A stretch of 64,000 bases of DNA, taken from assembly GCA_951406725.2 (NCBI GenBank), contig OX597821.1, positions 30,876,001 through 30,940,000 of the forward strand, written 5' to 3'. Source of the DNA: Octopus vulgaris. Taxonomy: Eukaryota. Position 1 is the first letter of the stretch. The number at the start of each line of letters is the position of its first letter. The position numbers and the translations under genes are program-made. Positions 52,021 to 64,000 of this stretch are shown here, one piece after another. The notes under the pieces were generated by a model. The model searched no databases. It worked only from the letters and a program-made list of their open reading frames with translations, and had not been told where the DNA came from.

Positions 52021-53011
52021 CCTTCTATAAAATAAATTAATTTACTCTGCTATGTATTGAGTACCTTATTTACTGTGGTTAACTCCGACTCAACCCGGGA
52101 CCTACATATATATATATATATGGAAAATTAGAAAATGGTGTCTAATGAGCTGCACGTGTTATATTTTCATATACGCGCACGCATACACATATGTACATAG
52201 ACATATGTATATACATGAGCATGTATTACTATCTATCTATCTCTCTCTCTATATATATATACACACATGTGTGTATATATGTATATATAGTTATATATAT
52301 GTATATATTTTCATATATATATATATGTATATATGTGTATGTATAAATCTATCTATATATCTATTCATTTACCTATCTACTTATCCATCTAAATATCTCT
52401 CTATATATTAGATAGATTGTTACTTTGACGTATGTAAATTTATAAACAACGTTTATCTATATGAGTTGATATGTGCCTCTTTGTGTATATGCAAGCGTTT
52501 GCAGGATATTATTCCTCCTTACACGCAGATACATAATCGCCCATGTAATATTCGATATTCTTGTAATTAACTTGCCTCCTATAAGTGGTGATTCTCCTTT
52601 ATAAATTTCTTCACCTCGTTTTTTGCAGTTCTGTACACACGGTAACATGTGATATTTTTATATATTTCTATTTGCGCATATTTCGCATATCTGCATAGCA
52701 CCTCTGTGTAAAATAAATGTATCATTGAAATTTGTGAGATTTGTTACCAAAATTACATTCGCTATATTAAGCTTCATTTCATTAAATTCATTAGAATCTG
52801 AAAAAGAAAGCATATTTATTTCTGCGTTAGCTTAATCACCTCATCATATGTGTACATATTAATCAATTATGTATGTTGCAAAGATAAAGATTCTAAATTC
52901 AATAAAATTTTACACACACACATACCGCCATATATATTTTTATAAAAAAATTTACAGAATGAGATAAAAATCCAAGGCTGTGAAAGATTTTAGAACACTT
53001 ACAAATAGAAG

Positions 53012-53059
53012 GTCTTACAGCTGTTTCCGGGATATGTTATATATCCCCTCATCGGAGAC
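53012..53059 (-). ncRNA. Hammerhead motif (family 3) with a core substitution; probable PLE terminus relic
   Basis: gtct-CCGATGA-ggggatat ataac atatcccg-GAAA-cagctgTA-agac; stems intact, CTGATGA read as CCGATGA. Confidence 0.7.
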
Positions 53060-53512
53060 GGTGTGAGAAAATGGTTGATGAATAGTTATTTCAGATATGA
53101 TATGATATAGAGAGTGAAGGTGAGGAATGAAAACTGACATGAGATATGCAGGATTATTGCATCTGTAGATCCATTATTTAGGCAGAATGGTATGCATATA
53201 AGATCTCCCTCTCTGTCTTTCTCTCTCTATGTATGTGGATAAATAATTGCACATACACACATGCATATATAATTCTTTTAAAGTATTTATCTATAAGCAC
53301 GTCTTTAATAAAAATTATGAATACGTTAAAGAATGAACATAGAGAGAATTTCAGATATTAATTATAATCAGAATTAATTGGTATCAGTCGATCCTATTCA
53401 GATTAAATGCATTGGGTGCTATTGTTTAAATCTTGGTCCCCTAAAGCTGACAAGCTTGTATAAAATGTTTTGACCAATGGCGTTAACTTAGTTTATTCCA
53501 AGCATATATCTA

Positions 53513-53642
53513 TGTTATGTCGCACGTTCGGATGACTGATACTCAGCTCGACTCTCTCTACTCTACTCTCGGTCTAGACTTCTCCTTCTATATCTACGTA
53601 TTGAGCTAGTCTACTTCATTGTATGGGGGCATCCACATAACA
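53513..53642 (-). mobile_element. 130-bp solo LTR
   Basis: tgttatgt...acataaca inverted termini; 5-bp TSD atcta at 53508-53512 and 53643-53647; strand taken from the PBS-bearing homologue at 19.1 kb. Confidence 0.85.
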
Positions 53643-55226
53643 ATCTACGAACAAATTATAGCTGTCGTACGACAATATATAACAATTACATTTTATTGAT
53701 TGTTAATCTATGTATATGAGAATGGAGCTATTACTTTTTAAATTATTGTATTTTCATGATTGCTATTTTGATATCTGTACTGTTTGTGTCATGTTTGTTT
53801 TATGAATTACATTTAAATCAATGAAAAAAGGTGAATTGTGAATTGGCAGTTTTGGAATTTCGTTATTTAACATGTTATCATTAAAGTTTGTCTGAAATGG
53901 CTTATGTAGATTTGTGTAACATTGCACATGTTAGACATTTGTCAATGATCAGCTTCGTACATTATTTTGGCACAGGTACTTAAGAGTAAAGACAGATCTA
54001 CGACCAATATTTTCTTCACAGTCTATGTTCTAATACAAGGGTTTATTAATTTGTTATCTCAATCAGAAGTCGGATTAAAATGAATGATTTGTCGATCGCA
54101 TCTTTTATATTTTAAAGGATTTCACCCGGTATAATAGAAAGAGTATTGACAGAAAACGCTCGTTCCCAGTTTAAGTACTTTTAATGGTATTATTAATATT
54201 ATAAACACTTTCGAAATGAAGACCAGTTATAGAAATATACTTTGCATCAATTGTAATTCCCTTTCACAATAATTGCTCTTAGATATCCAAACACATCTAT
54301 ATTTTGAAGTAATACCTATGCAAGTAAATAGAAAATACACTTTAATTTATATAGAAAAAACATAATTTTATTTATGTTGCTTTCTTTATAATTATACGGA
54401 TCCATTTACAACGCGAAATTGTTTACTGAACACAAAAACAGTTATACGTGTTTCATTAATCAGAAACATATATAAATAATATCAATTTGGACTGAGTCAA
54501 GTTTCTGACCTGACATCGATTGCAAGTTATCGATAGTAAAGAGTTTTCTTACTTACAGCCTGTTCCTGTTTTTTTTGTGTGTAATATTCAAAGGTTTATA
54601 CGATGCAGTAGCAATTTATCAGAATAATATAGTTTAGTTTGTGTCACATATTTTCTAGCATGTATCAGCAACTGGTCAGTAAGTATTGTGAGTATACGTG
54701 TCAGTAAGTCTACGTGGCTCTAGCAAGTTCCCAAACAAATGGTATAAGTGGCCAAAGTAACTCATTAATATTAAATTATAGAGTGCATAGAACGGTAGAG
54801 TGATGAGATACAGAGGTGTAAATAAAATTAAAATTATATGCCGTTTGCTTAAGTGTGTAAATACATTAGATGTAAGGTGGTGATAATCATATAAGTAATA
54901 TCAATGTGTTATATAACATTGTTATTTAATCTTTAAACTTCCTTCGCTTCTCCTTATAGATTTTCTAGTGAGAAAAGGTGTACGATTTTCAAAGAAGCTA
55001 AGCATCATTATCTCATTTTTCTGCAACATTACTGGTAATCCTACAAAAGAATTAGTGCTGTACGCTATATAGTGAACACACAACATTCCCTTATTACTAG
55101 TTCGAATGCAATGTTACCATCAGAGCTATGTTGGGACTTGTAAACAAGCCATTCACTGTGTTTTGTCAAGGAGAACATTTCCCGATGTAGACAGATGCTA
55201 TAAATGCATCTAAATCAGGTTGCAGC

Positions 55227-55360
55227 GCCACCTATCCAGACTGTGAGATGCAAGCATTTCAGAGTGGTTATCTCCCCTTCAGTGCTACCATTCGGTTTCT
55301 GTGAATCAAGTGGAGAACACCACTCCATAATATTTGCATCCCACAGACTGGATAGGTGGC
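55227..55360. repeat. 134-nt imperfect hairpin (~50-bp arms)
   Basis: gccacctatccag.ctgtg.gatgcaa...gagtggt...ctcc / ggag...accactc...ttgcatc.cacag.ctggataggtggc. Confidence 0.85.
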
Positions 55361-55548
55361 AGGTTTGAAATTGTTTCGTAACTTAAAAATATGTAAATAA
55401 TTTATATAATTATATTTAATAATAAATAAACTTCCTTTCTGTTGTAATGTGCTGTATATTTGGTATGTTTTATATGTTTTGTAGAATGATACCCTGACGA
55501 GTATTTTTTATGAGTACTACTGGATTATTTGAAACCATTTTTGGTGAC

Positions 55549-55579
<31 letters not shown>

Positions 55580-55599
55580 CGTATGTGTGTGTGTGTATG

Positions 55600-55956
55600 T
55601 GTCAGTCTGTCGGTTACGACGACATGGGCTCCAGTTGATCTGATCAACAGAACATCCTGCTCGTGAAATTAAGGTGCAAGTGATTAAGCATTCCCAAGAT
55701 ACTTGTACTCTGAAGGTAGTTCTCGGGGAAATTCAGCGTGAAAACAGTGTGTGACAAGGCTGGTCCTTTGAAATACAGATACAACAGAAACAGGAACAAA
55801 AATTGAGAGAAAGTTGTGGTAAAAGCACCTAAAATTCCTCGTGAAATTTTAGGTGCTTTCGCTCAATAAACACTCACAATGCCCGCTCTGGGAATCGAAA
55901 CCGCGACCCCACAGTCGTGAGTTCGCTGCCCTAACCACTGGGCCATTACACTTCCA
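55600..55956 (-). mobile_element. tRNA-derived SINE family C
   Basis: Minus-strand head ggaagtgtaatggcccagtggttagggcagcgaactcacg...ggtttcgattccc; (CA/TA)n tail. Confidence 0.8.
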
Positions 55957-56179
55957 CACACACATGCATGTGTGTGTGTGTTACTGTATGAATGTATGTA
56001 AGCATGCATAAGCATCCTTCATTTAATTACAGTTAGATTTCGTTATTTTCAGGATATTTTGATGTCTCCTCCCCAGAATATTGCCTGGTGATATCCGCTT
56101 GGAATCCTGTGGTCTCGTATTCATATCATTCGCCTGACTTAGGTACATTAGTTTTCAACATACGCTTGTTAGCTTTTAT

Positions 56180-56818
56180 ATTCTTTTCTACTCTAGACAC
56201 AAGGCCCAGAATTTTTGGAGAAGGTGCCAGTTAATTAGATTGTCCCAATACACAACTGGGATCTTTTCGGTTTCAACGGCAGTCTTTTCTAGCGGTGTCA
56301 TATGAAATTGTCACCCATAATTATGACCCTATTATCGATCTGTTGTATTTCAATATTTTAGGGTTAGGGTTAGTTAGGGTTAGGGTTAGGGTTAGGGTTA
56401 GGGATAGGGTTAGGGGTGGGGGAAGTGTATCTTTTTTCTTCACAAATGTAAATAAACCCAATCTGTTTCTTAAACGAGGGACATATTCATACGGCACAGA
56501 ATGTTTTTCTTTACTTCAATGGACGTAATTGATTGGTTGAAATTGCAGAAATTGAAGAAAAAAACAACAAATATCTTACAAACTATAGAATTTTCTCAAT
56601 AAAGCCACGAGAAAAAGATGTTTTATAAACACATTCTACCAGTATACCAAGTTTAAAATTTTTTAGTTATCTAGAAATTATGTTAAAACAGAAAAGATCC
56701 CACAACTGTTCATCGAACCTGAAAGGATGAGAGGCAAAACCGACCTCTGCGGAATTTGAACTCCAAATGAAAAGACAGATGAAATAACGGGCACGGTTAC
56801 ATTTCTGCCAGCTCGCCG
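56180..56818 (-). mobile_element. SINE family A copy split by a MITE
   Basis: Minus strand ggcgagctggcagaaa...gagttcaaattccgcagaggtcggttttgcctctcatcctttc, resuming after the MITE. Confidence 0.75.
56259..56700. mobile_element. MITE with 8-bp TSD and internal (TTAGGG)n
   Basis: ggatcttttc...gaaaagatcc ends; TSD cacaactg at 56251-56258 and 56701-56708; inverted homologue of 15081-15507. Confidence 0.92.
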
Positions 56819-57115
56819 ACCTTTGTTTGCTTTTATATTACGTCATACATTGAAGCAGCGTATATGCGTTGGAATATTTTTCATAAGAGGTGATTCTTTT
56901 TATTTTATCTCCATTTTCTATAATTTTCGACTATTTACGTCTCACTAGCTAGCGTGCATACTGAAAATATTCATTTTAGTCATTTTTTTGCCATTTCGAT
57001 TCCTTGCCCTCGTCTTATATCGAAATTGGCGTAACTGTACGTAATCCACAGGGATACAAAGGTATAGTGTGTATATATTAGGTCCACTGACTCTGCCATC
57101 ATTCGTAAACATATA

Positions 57116-57153
<38 letters not shown>

Positions 57154-59881
57154 CGTCTGTGCATGTGCGTGAGGGTATATAGAGGAATATTGAAGGGGGA
57201 GATAAAAGTGCCGACTGTACTTCATGACACGTTCTTTATCAGTGAAACAAAAGGTATTTTTCATTTGTTTGGTAATGGGATTAAAATTTGACGGGATGGA
57301 ATATATCATAATTTGATAGACTGCTATTCTCTTTTTCGATTTCACTAAAGAGTCCTTCATGTTAATACTTATTTATTGCGAGTTGCGTGAATCTAATCAG
57401 TACTCATCAGTCATTGATTTATAAAACATCCTATAGTGCTTCATGTTAAAAGAAGATTACTTAGAAATTATAGTATTATAGAGTAACCAATCATGACAAG
57501 GCGTTCAGAATTTTAAAACACCCATCATAGCTTTCAGAGTTGTACTTATCTCATTTAACTGCATCCGTCAACAACTAATTTACATGATAATTTATTATAA
57601 AGTAAATAAAGTGAAATCTTCGGACTGAACAGCAACGCAGACAGGTACTGATAGACGGTATTTTATGAGGACCAAATTTCAACTAGAATAATTTTGGAAG
57701 CTGAAGGTTAAGGTACAAAATATTTACGCACATTTACTTCCGTAGTTTGATTTCTGGTTTTGTTGTAAAATAACATAAAACATTTAATAATATTTTTCGT
57801 GAAGTCACAAAACTCTATTCAAGTTAAGAAGTTCTTTTTTTTTTTTACTTTCAAGGGGTTCAAAGGTCCTTTATAAATGTAAACTGGAAACATTTATGTA
57901 TTTCTCTACGTAAAAAAAAGTAACAGAAGGAAATTTAAATAGTACAGATATAAAGAATATATTGTTTTGCTTTGATTGCAAGCAAGACTGTTTTTAATAT
58001 AATATGTCTAAAAGAAAAGTTGGATGTATATGTTACAATGTTTTTTCTTCGGAATAAGACGGAACCATAGCAACGAATAACCACTTTTCCTGTATATTTT
58101 AATACTGTGATACCTAATGACTACTTGGGCCCCATGTTTTTGAATTGAATGATTGTTTGTAATACTTGCTCTACCTCAAATTGCTTGCGGAACTTATGTC
58201 TAGCTAACATATCATTAAGATATTTCTCACCTTAGATGTATACTATTATCAAATGTATGAAATATGAAATTTTGAAGGATTTGTCTCATCAAATATTTTT
58301 TACGTAAATTTGAGAATTAAACAAAGGTGTTTACTGAAAAAAATATTATTATCGTCTTCAAAAATGAATGAATAATAACTACCTTCCAAGATAATGCAAC
58401 TCTAGACATAATGAATTTAAAACAAAATCTGGATTTTCAAATCCCTATGATTTAACTGTATTGGGGCTGATCACGTCTCCCTATACGGTATTACCGGAAT
58501 GTGCAGTATTACTTTTCCCATTCTATACATCAACACATAAAACAAGTTGAAAGTTAACACTTCATATACTACAGTTAATAAATTTCAGCAATCAATTCAT
58601 CTCCAGTATGCTACTCATTCCTATCTACAAATGAGTTTGGTAACTTTATTGTTATTATGAAGAATATTTATGGTGTGGTATCACTTTGTCCTATCTTTCT
58701 CATGAAGTATATAGCTATATTATTTTTCTCTATAAGCATTCTTAATTTGGGGAGTAATATGCTTCTAGCAATCTTAACATGCGTCTTACTTTCAATGCTG
58801 ACTGTTGTACCTAGATAATTAAACCTATCAGATATAACAAGCTGTAGAATGTTCATACAATATTACGGCTTGAAATGTGTACATAAACCAGCATGCCACT
58901 GTCCTGTACATAAGTGACAAATTAATGTACAGTGAAATGAAAAATTTTTACAATTTTCACATGAAGAACAAACACAGAAATGTTCATCATTTCATTTAAT
59001 GAAGAAATATTCACTTTAATTTATTGTTTAATAATGGTAATACAGAAACAAAAATTCTACTATAAGCAAGAAGAGACCATGGTCCTTTTGAAATGCTAAT
59101 TCCTGTCGGTCTTTTAGATATTTATCCATATGAATTTAGATGAAATTTACAAGAAAATAAGATATTATAGATTTTATGCAGTTAAAATACATTCTAAGCG
59201 TTAGAAAATCGCAGAAACTTGTAGTGGAGAACAGTCGTCGTGTACTTATCATCACGTTCCGTTTCAATAGTGAAATTGGATGATATTTTAGTAAAGCATT
59301 ATAATCTTCTGAGTCTTGAGAGCAATCCACATATCTAGAGTTAAATTACTTTATATTAGCAAAGTTACAAACAATTTGTGCTGTGTGTATAGGTATCATA
59401 AGCTAGATTTCAGTCAACCGAACGCAATGGAATATATGCGATTAATTTGTAACTAACAACATATGAGTTAAGCTTCTGCAACGAATGAACTAATTCATAT
59501 GTGAGAAAAAAATCCAGATTGATTATCTGTATATTTACCATTTATTCTCTGTAAAATATAATTTGGATTAGCTCCTAGCCTAGATAATTAAATGCAGAAG
59601 AAGAACAATGATATTGTGTCTATCATTACTAAGATTTTGAAAAGTAAAATAATATGTTATAATTTTAATGAAATCCTTCTTTTAAAGCTAATCATTGTTT
59701 TGTGTAATTCACAACTTGCAAGTTATACTTCTAAACGTTTATTAAATACATTGCCTGCCTGATATTCGTCGGTTGGTAAATTGCTATAAATATATTATAT
59801 ATATAATACAAACTGGGACAAGAACACAAAAGATCTGGACAACTAGGTAATACAAAAAGGGACAATAAAACATCACTTTGT

Positions 59882-59939
<58 letters not shown>

Positions 59940-60560
59940 TCATTAGATGAAATATCTATATTTCATAATGAAATGAAATGAAATTGATAATTAATTATTG
60001 CAAAAACAAATCATTGCTTTAATATTTATATAGTGAAACGAGTAATGAAGAATAGTCAAATGTTCTTGGTTAGGCAGTATCTAATATCAAATGATGAGAA
60101 ATATATTTTTCAAATCACCTAATTCAATGATATTCTTTTTTTCCTTTAGATAGTGGAAGAATAGGAATATAAGTCCAGTATTTTAGAATTTTCATATAAA
60201 GTAAGTTTCTCACACAATTAAGTTATTTTGTATCCTATATATAAATACTTAACTTATAAAAGTCGGAATATTACTGTAAGTTCAGTGCAAAAAAGGTTGA
60301 ATTGCAGGAATAAAAAAAAAATATTTCTAGAAGATGCTGAGTCGAAATATTAAAAAAGTGTCAATCACCGTTTGCTTCAGAAATTTCACCAAAAACAGGC
60401 ATAAATCCCAACAGTTAACGATACATTAGCTTATAATATATAATAGGATTTGTGAGACCAATAGTATAATTGAATGAAATCACAAGATTTTTCTAATTTC
60501 TTCCAATCTTTCTCCTCCTCCCCCTCCTCTTCCTCCTCCTCCACATCATTATCATCATCG

Positions 60561-60591
<31 letters not shown>

Positions 60592-62126
60592 TATCATCAC
60601 CATCAACACGATAAGAGAAACATAATCATGTACATTATCATTATCTACGCGTTCTATTTATTTCGAACAGATTAATGCTTTTATTGATCAGTTCAGTTTT
60701 CTGGTTTGGCTTTCATAGCAAACTAAACACAATAAATGTCATTTTGTCTACAATCTCCTTGGTAATGTTTGTCAGAGTTTTAAATTAAACTACTTGTAAT
60801 CTATATATTGGGAAGAATAAAAAGGAGACATAAAAACTTATTGCGCGTCTACACTTAGACGTAAGGTTTACTAAAACATTGCTTTAATTGGAGTATATAT
60901 GTCTAAAAACTTTAGCAGGATAACGAAAACATTTCCAATTTTCATGTCATTTATTTATATATTTATTTTTTACTACTCTTAATGCAAGAAACCAGAAATT
61001 ATTGAAGTATACCAATCGTTAGAGAGTTTTTATTGAATTCGCAAAAGAAAATTATGACAATATGTCTGGTAACGAAATTTAAGTTAGCATCAGAGTAACT
61101 GACCTGGTAAAATAATGATTTAAAATAATAACACGAAAACTAATAATTTCAGCTTTGTATCATTGGTCTCATAACTGCGTTATGTAGCATCTTCTAAACA
61201 AAATGATGTCTACATTTCGCAATTTTTGAATTTGCGATGAAAAAAAGGAATCCTCTCCAGATGCGGGGTGAAGAGATTGATTTTTATCCGTTGGGGATCC
61301 CTCTTCAATTTCTAGTTGCGTTTGAAATATATTTTCAAATCTGAGTTATTCTATTAATATGAGAAAATTTATAAACTCTCGGGTGAATGTGAAATACTTC
61401 GTTTCTATTCTAGAAGAACGGCCCTTGAAGCCCACGTGGATATACATATTAGCATATAATTATTGGTTTGAAAGCCAAGCCTTATTTTTGGATAGAAAAT
61501 TGCATATAAATATTGACTTTTCACCCCAATTATTTAAATACTACTATTTATAGTCTTATGCGCTTCGAGATGCACTGTTCCAGAAATTACTTGCATAAAA
61601 TGCAATTTTAAAATAAACATTTCTAAAATGTCCGTCATTTACAAGTAGACTATATCAATCATAAAATAGATTAAAATATCATTATGTAGCATTCGATATC
61701 ATACAGTTCACAACTAGAAAAAACGATCACATCTTCAGATATGTTGTCGTGTACCTCTGTTTATATGAGGAACAGTATTGAAGCCTAAACGTTGCATAGA
61801 AACATTCCTAGATGAATATATTTGTATAAATTGCCTATGTTATCATGAAATCATAACGGCGGTGCTTCGAATGGTCGTAAACATTTAATACTGTTATCAA
61901 TTCAATTGTCACTGGATTGCTAGCATGTCAGGGAACCACCTCGAAGCGTTTAGTCGATAACATTGCATCAATACTGATATGATTACGTGTCAATCGCTTA
62001 TTCAATTTTGCGGAATTACTTATTTTCAGGGACAGGTTGGAAAAAGTACCGATTCTGACGCGGTGAAGATAAAATCCATGTCCATACACATCCATACACA
62101 CAGACATATACAGGCACACGTAAACA

Positions 62127-62191
<65 letters not shown>

Positions 62192-62847
62192 GCACACACA
62201 TGTTTTCTGTAACATATAGTCTATATTTGATACTCATGTGTTATTGAGATTTACGTGGGGTAAGGCTTCTGCAGTTTGCATTGGAGTAATTTCTTGTAAC
62301 AAAGATTGATATTTTTAATCTCTACGTTTTCAAAAGTGCCCTATATCATGTTATTAATAACATGCAATATGTAGCCTTATATGAAATTATGAGACTAAAA
62401 ATGCAAGCATAAAAATTACATTACTGCCCAAAGCCGTTCCCATATATGTGTAAAGCAATAGATGCAAATTTTATATCGGTTGAACACAACGTATTTCAGA
62501 CAATTGTGTAGTATTACCTGTGCACATCAAATTTGTTTTAACAAAAAAAAAAAAACAATAGACAAAACTACTAGAAATTGGTTTTTATAATATGTCAAAT
62601 AATATGGCCAGAATATTGGTTACTGGGTATCTATCGTACATTTAGAGGTTTGTTTGTAGAACTTTGCAACTGGGGCTGGACGAAATTTGTCACATTCACA
62701 CACATACACACACACACGCGCGCGCAAACACACACACACACAGAAACACATACATATATATATATATGTCTAATAAAATTAATGGAGAATTTAAACTGAC
62801 ACATGTTAATTTATTAACCTAATATTATATTATTATTTATAATATAT

Positions 62848-63240
62848 GCGTAGGAGTGGCTGTGTGGTAAGTAGCTTGCTTACCAGCCACATGGTTCCGG
62901 GTTCAGTTATACTGCGTGGCACCTTGGGTAAGTTTCTTCTAATATAGCCTCCCGGCGACCAAAGCCTTGTCAGTGGATTTGGTAGACGGAAACTGAAAGA
63001 AGCCCGTCGTATATATATGCATATGTGTGTTTGTTTATGTGTCTGTGTTTGTCCCCCCCCCCCCACAACATCGCTTGACAACCGATGCCGGTGTGTTTAC
63101 GTCCCTGTAACTTAGTGGTTCGGCAGAAGACACCGATAGAATAGGTACTAGGCTTACAAAGAATTTGCTCTACTAAAGGCGGTGCTCCAGCATGGCCACA
63201 GTCAAATGACTGAAACAAGTAAAAGAGAAATAAAAGAGAT
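62848..63240 (+). mobile_element. SINE family B copy
   Basis: Colinear with 10761-11160. Confidence 0.9.
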
Positions 63241-63664
63241 AACTATTAATAATTCCTACAATTATTTGATTTAAACTTAAAACTAGCATGATATGTATGA
63301 AAGCTATTTCATATTTGGGAAATATTATGAATAAAAATGTCATTAGGGTAAAAGGAGACAAAAATTACATAGAAGTTTGAAATCCTTAAACAGACTGAGT
63401 TAATGAATATATGATTATGCTTAAAGTGTGAGCGTCAAAAACATTAAAATAAAATCTAATATTACGATAAAATGCATGTGTGTATATTCAAGAATATTGA
63501 ATTAAGTATGTTTCTGCGTCTTAGTATTTTAAAACCGAAACAATTCGTAATGAATCTATGCTGAAACAGTAAAATACATCTCTTACACAAAAATTTACTC
63601 AGAAAAAAATATCCCTTATCCTCAATACGCCGATATTATAAATTATACTCGTATAATTTTTTTT

Positions 63665-64000
63665 TCAAACGTCACCATCAAAATGTAGGACCAGATACTG
63701 CAACAGCTTGGGTTTCAGTGGGTCACAGGTCTTCAACATCCTCCCTAACTGTCTGAGAGACTTGCATGGTGTGGATGCGGATTTCTTTAAAACTAAACTG
63801 GATCTCTTCTTGTCGGGGGTCCCAGATGAACCTACGTCTCGGCAGGAGACACGGATGCGGACAGCGGCATCGAACTCCCTTGTTGACCAAGTGCCACATA
63901 TCAGAGGTGGATTCACATACTAGTGTAGCTCATTCAGCGGTGGTTCCCCAACATGGCCCCAGCCTTCGGGCTGAAACATTTTTAAGGATTAAAGGATTAA
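63665..64000 (+). mobile_element. 5'-truncated CR1-group LINE 3' end with (AAGGATTA)n-type tail
   Basis: RYCNSLGFSGSQVFNILPNCLR..FKTKLDLFLSGVPDEP..NSLVDQV aligns by eye with the C-terminus of ORF 43-1086. Confidence 0.85.

Larger units (their letters stand above)
51594..52106. mobile_element. Non-coding PLE/retrozyme-like element (family 2): inverted pair of hammerhead-bearing termini in (TA)n
   Basis: 51594-51727 inverted vs 51899-52034; the plus copy extends into a 3' tail ending cccgggacctaca(ta)n. Confidence 0.85.

Noticed and set aside
55494-55545. CTGACGA...GAAAC spacing
   Set aside because: Stem II is not adjacent to GAAA and there is no convincing stem I or NUH site.
56358-56416. 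(TTAGGG)n as a chromosome end or fusion scar
   Set aside because: It is internal to a TSD-flanked MITE that has a second copy in the window.

Overview
AT-rich, microsatellite-dense eukaryotic DNA, most likely a cephalopod (Octopus-like) intergenic or intronic region. That assignment is an inference from the SINE and microsatellite landscape. I found no supportable host protein-coding gene; nearly all ORFs are microsatellite translations or transposon remnants. Retroelements: a near-full-length CR1-group LINE (1-4612, minus) with a Myb/SANT-like ORF and a 4x CCCH ORF1; R4/Dong-type RLE elements and a non-coding partner sitting in (TAA)n; a near-full-length Tx1-type LINE in (TC)n; three decayed Penelope-like elements (PLEs); a tiny LTR family with PBS and solo LTR; many tRNA-type SINEs. 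DNA elements: Tc1/mariner/maT and Helitron relics, and two copies of an 8-bp-TSD MITE carrying TTAGGG repeats. Most notable is a set of non-coding, (TA)n-embedded, inverted-repeat elements carrying type I hammerhead ribozyme motifs (26.8-29.5 kb, 30.6-30.8 kb, 51.6-52.1 kb, with decayed motifs at 23.05 and 53.0 kb). These look like non-autonomous PLE/retrozyme-type elements. Several template-switch micro-inversions and a covarying LINE/SINE 3' hairpin are also visible. All family names come from motif recognition by eye, not database searches.
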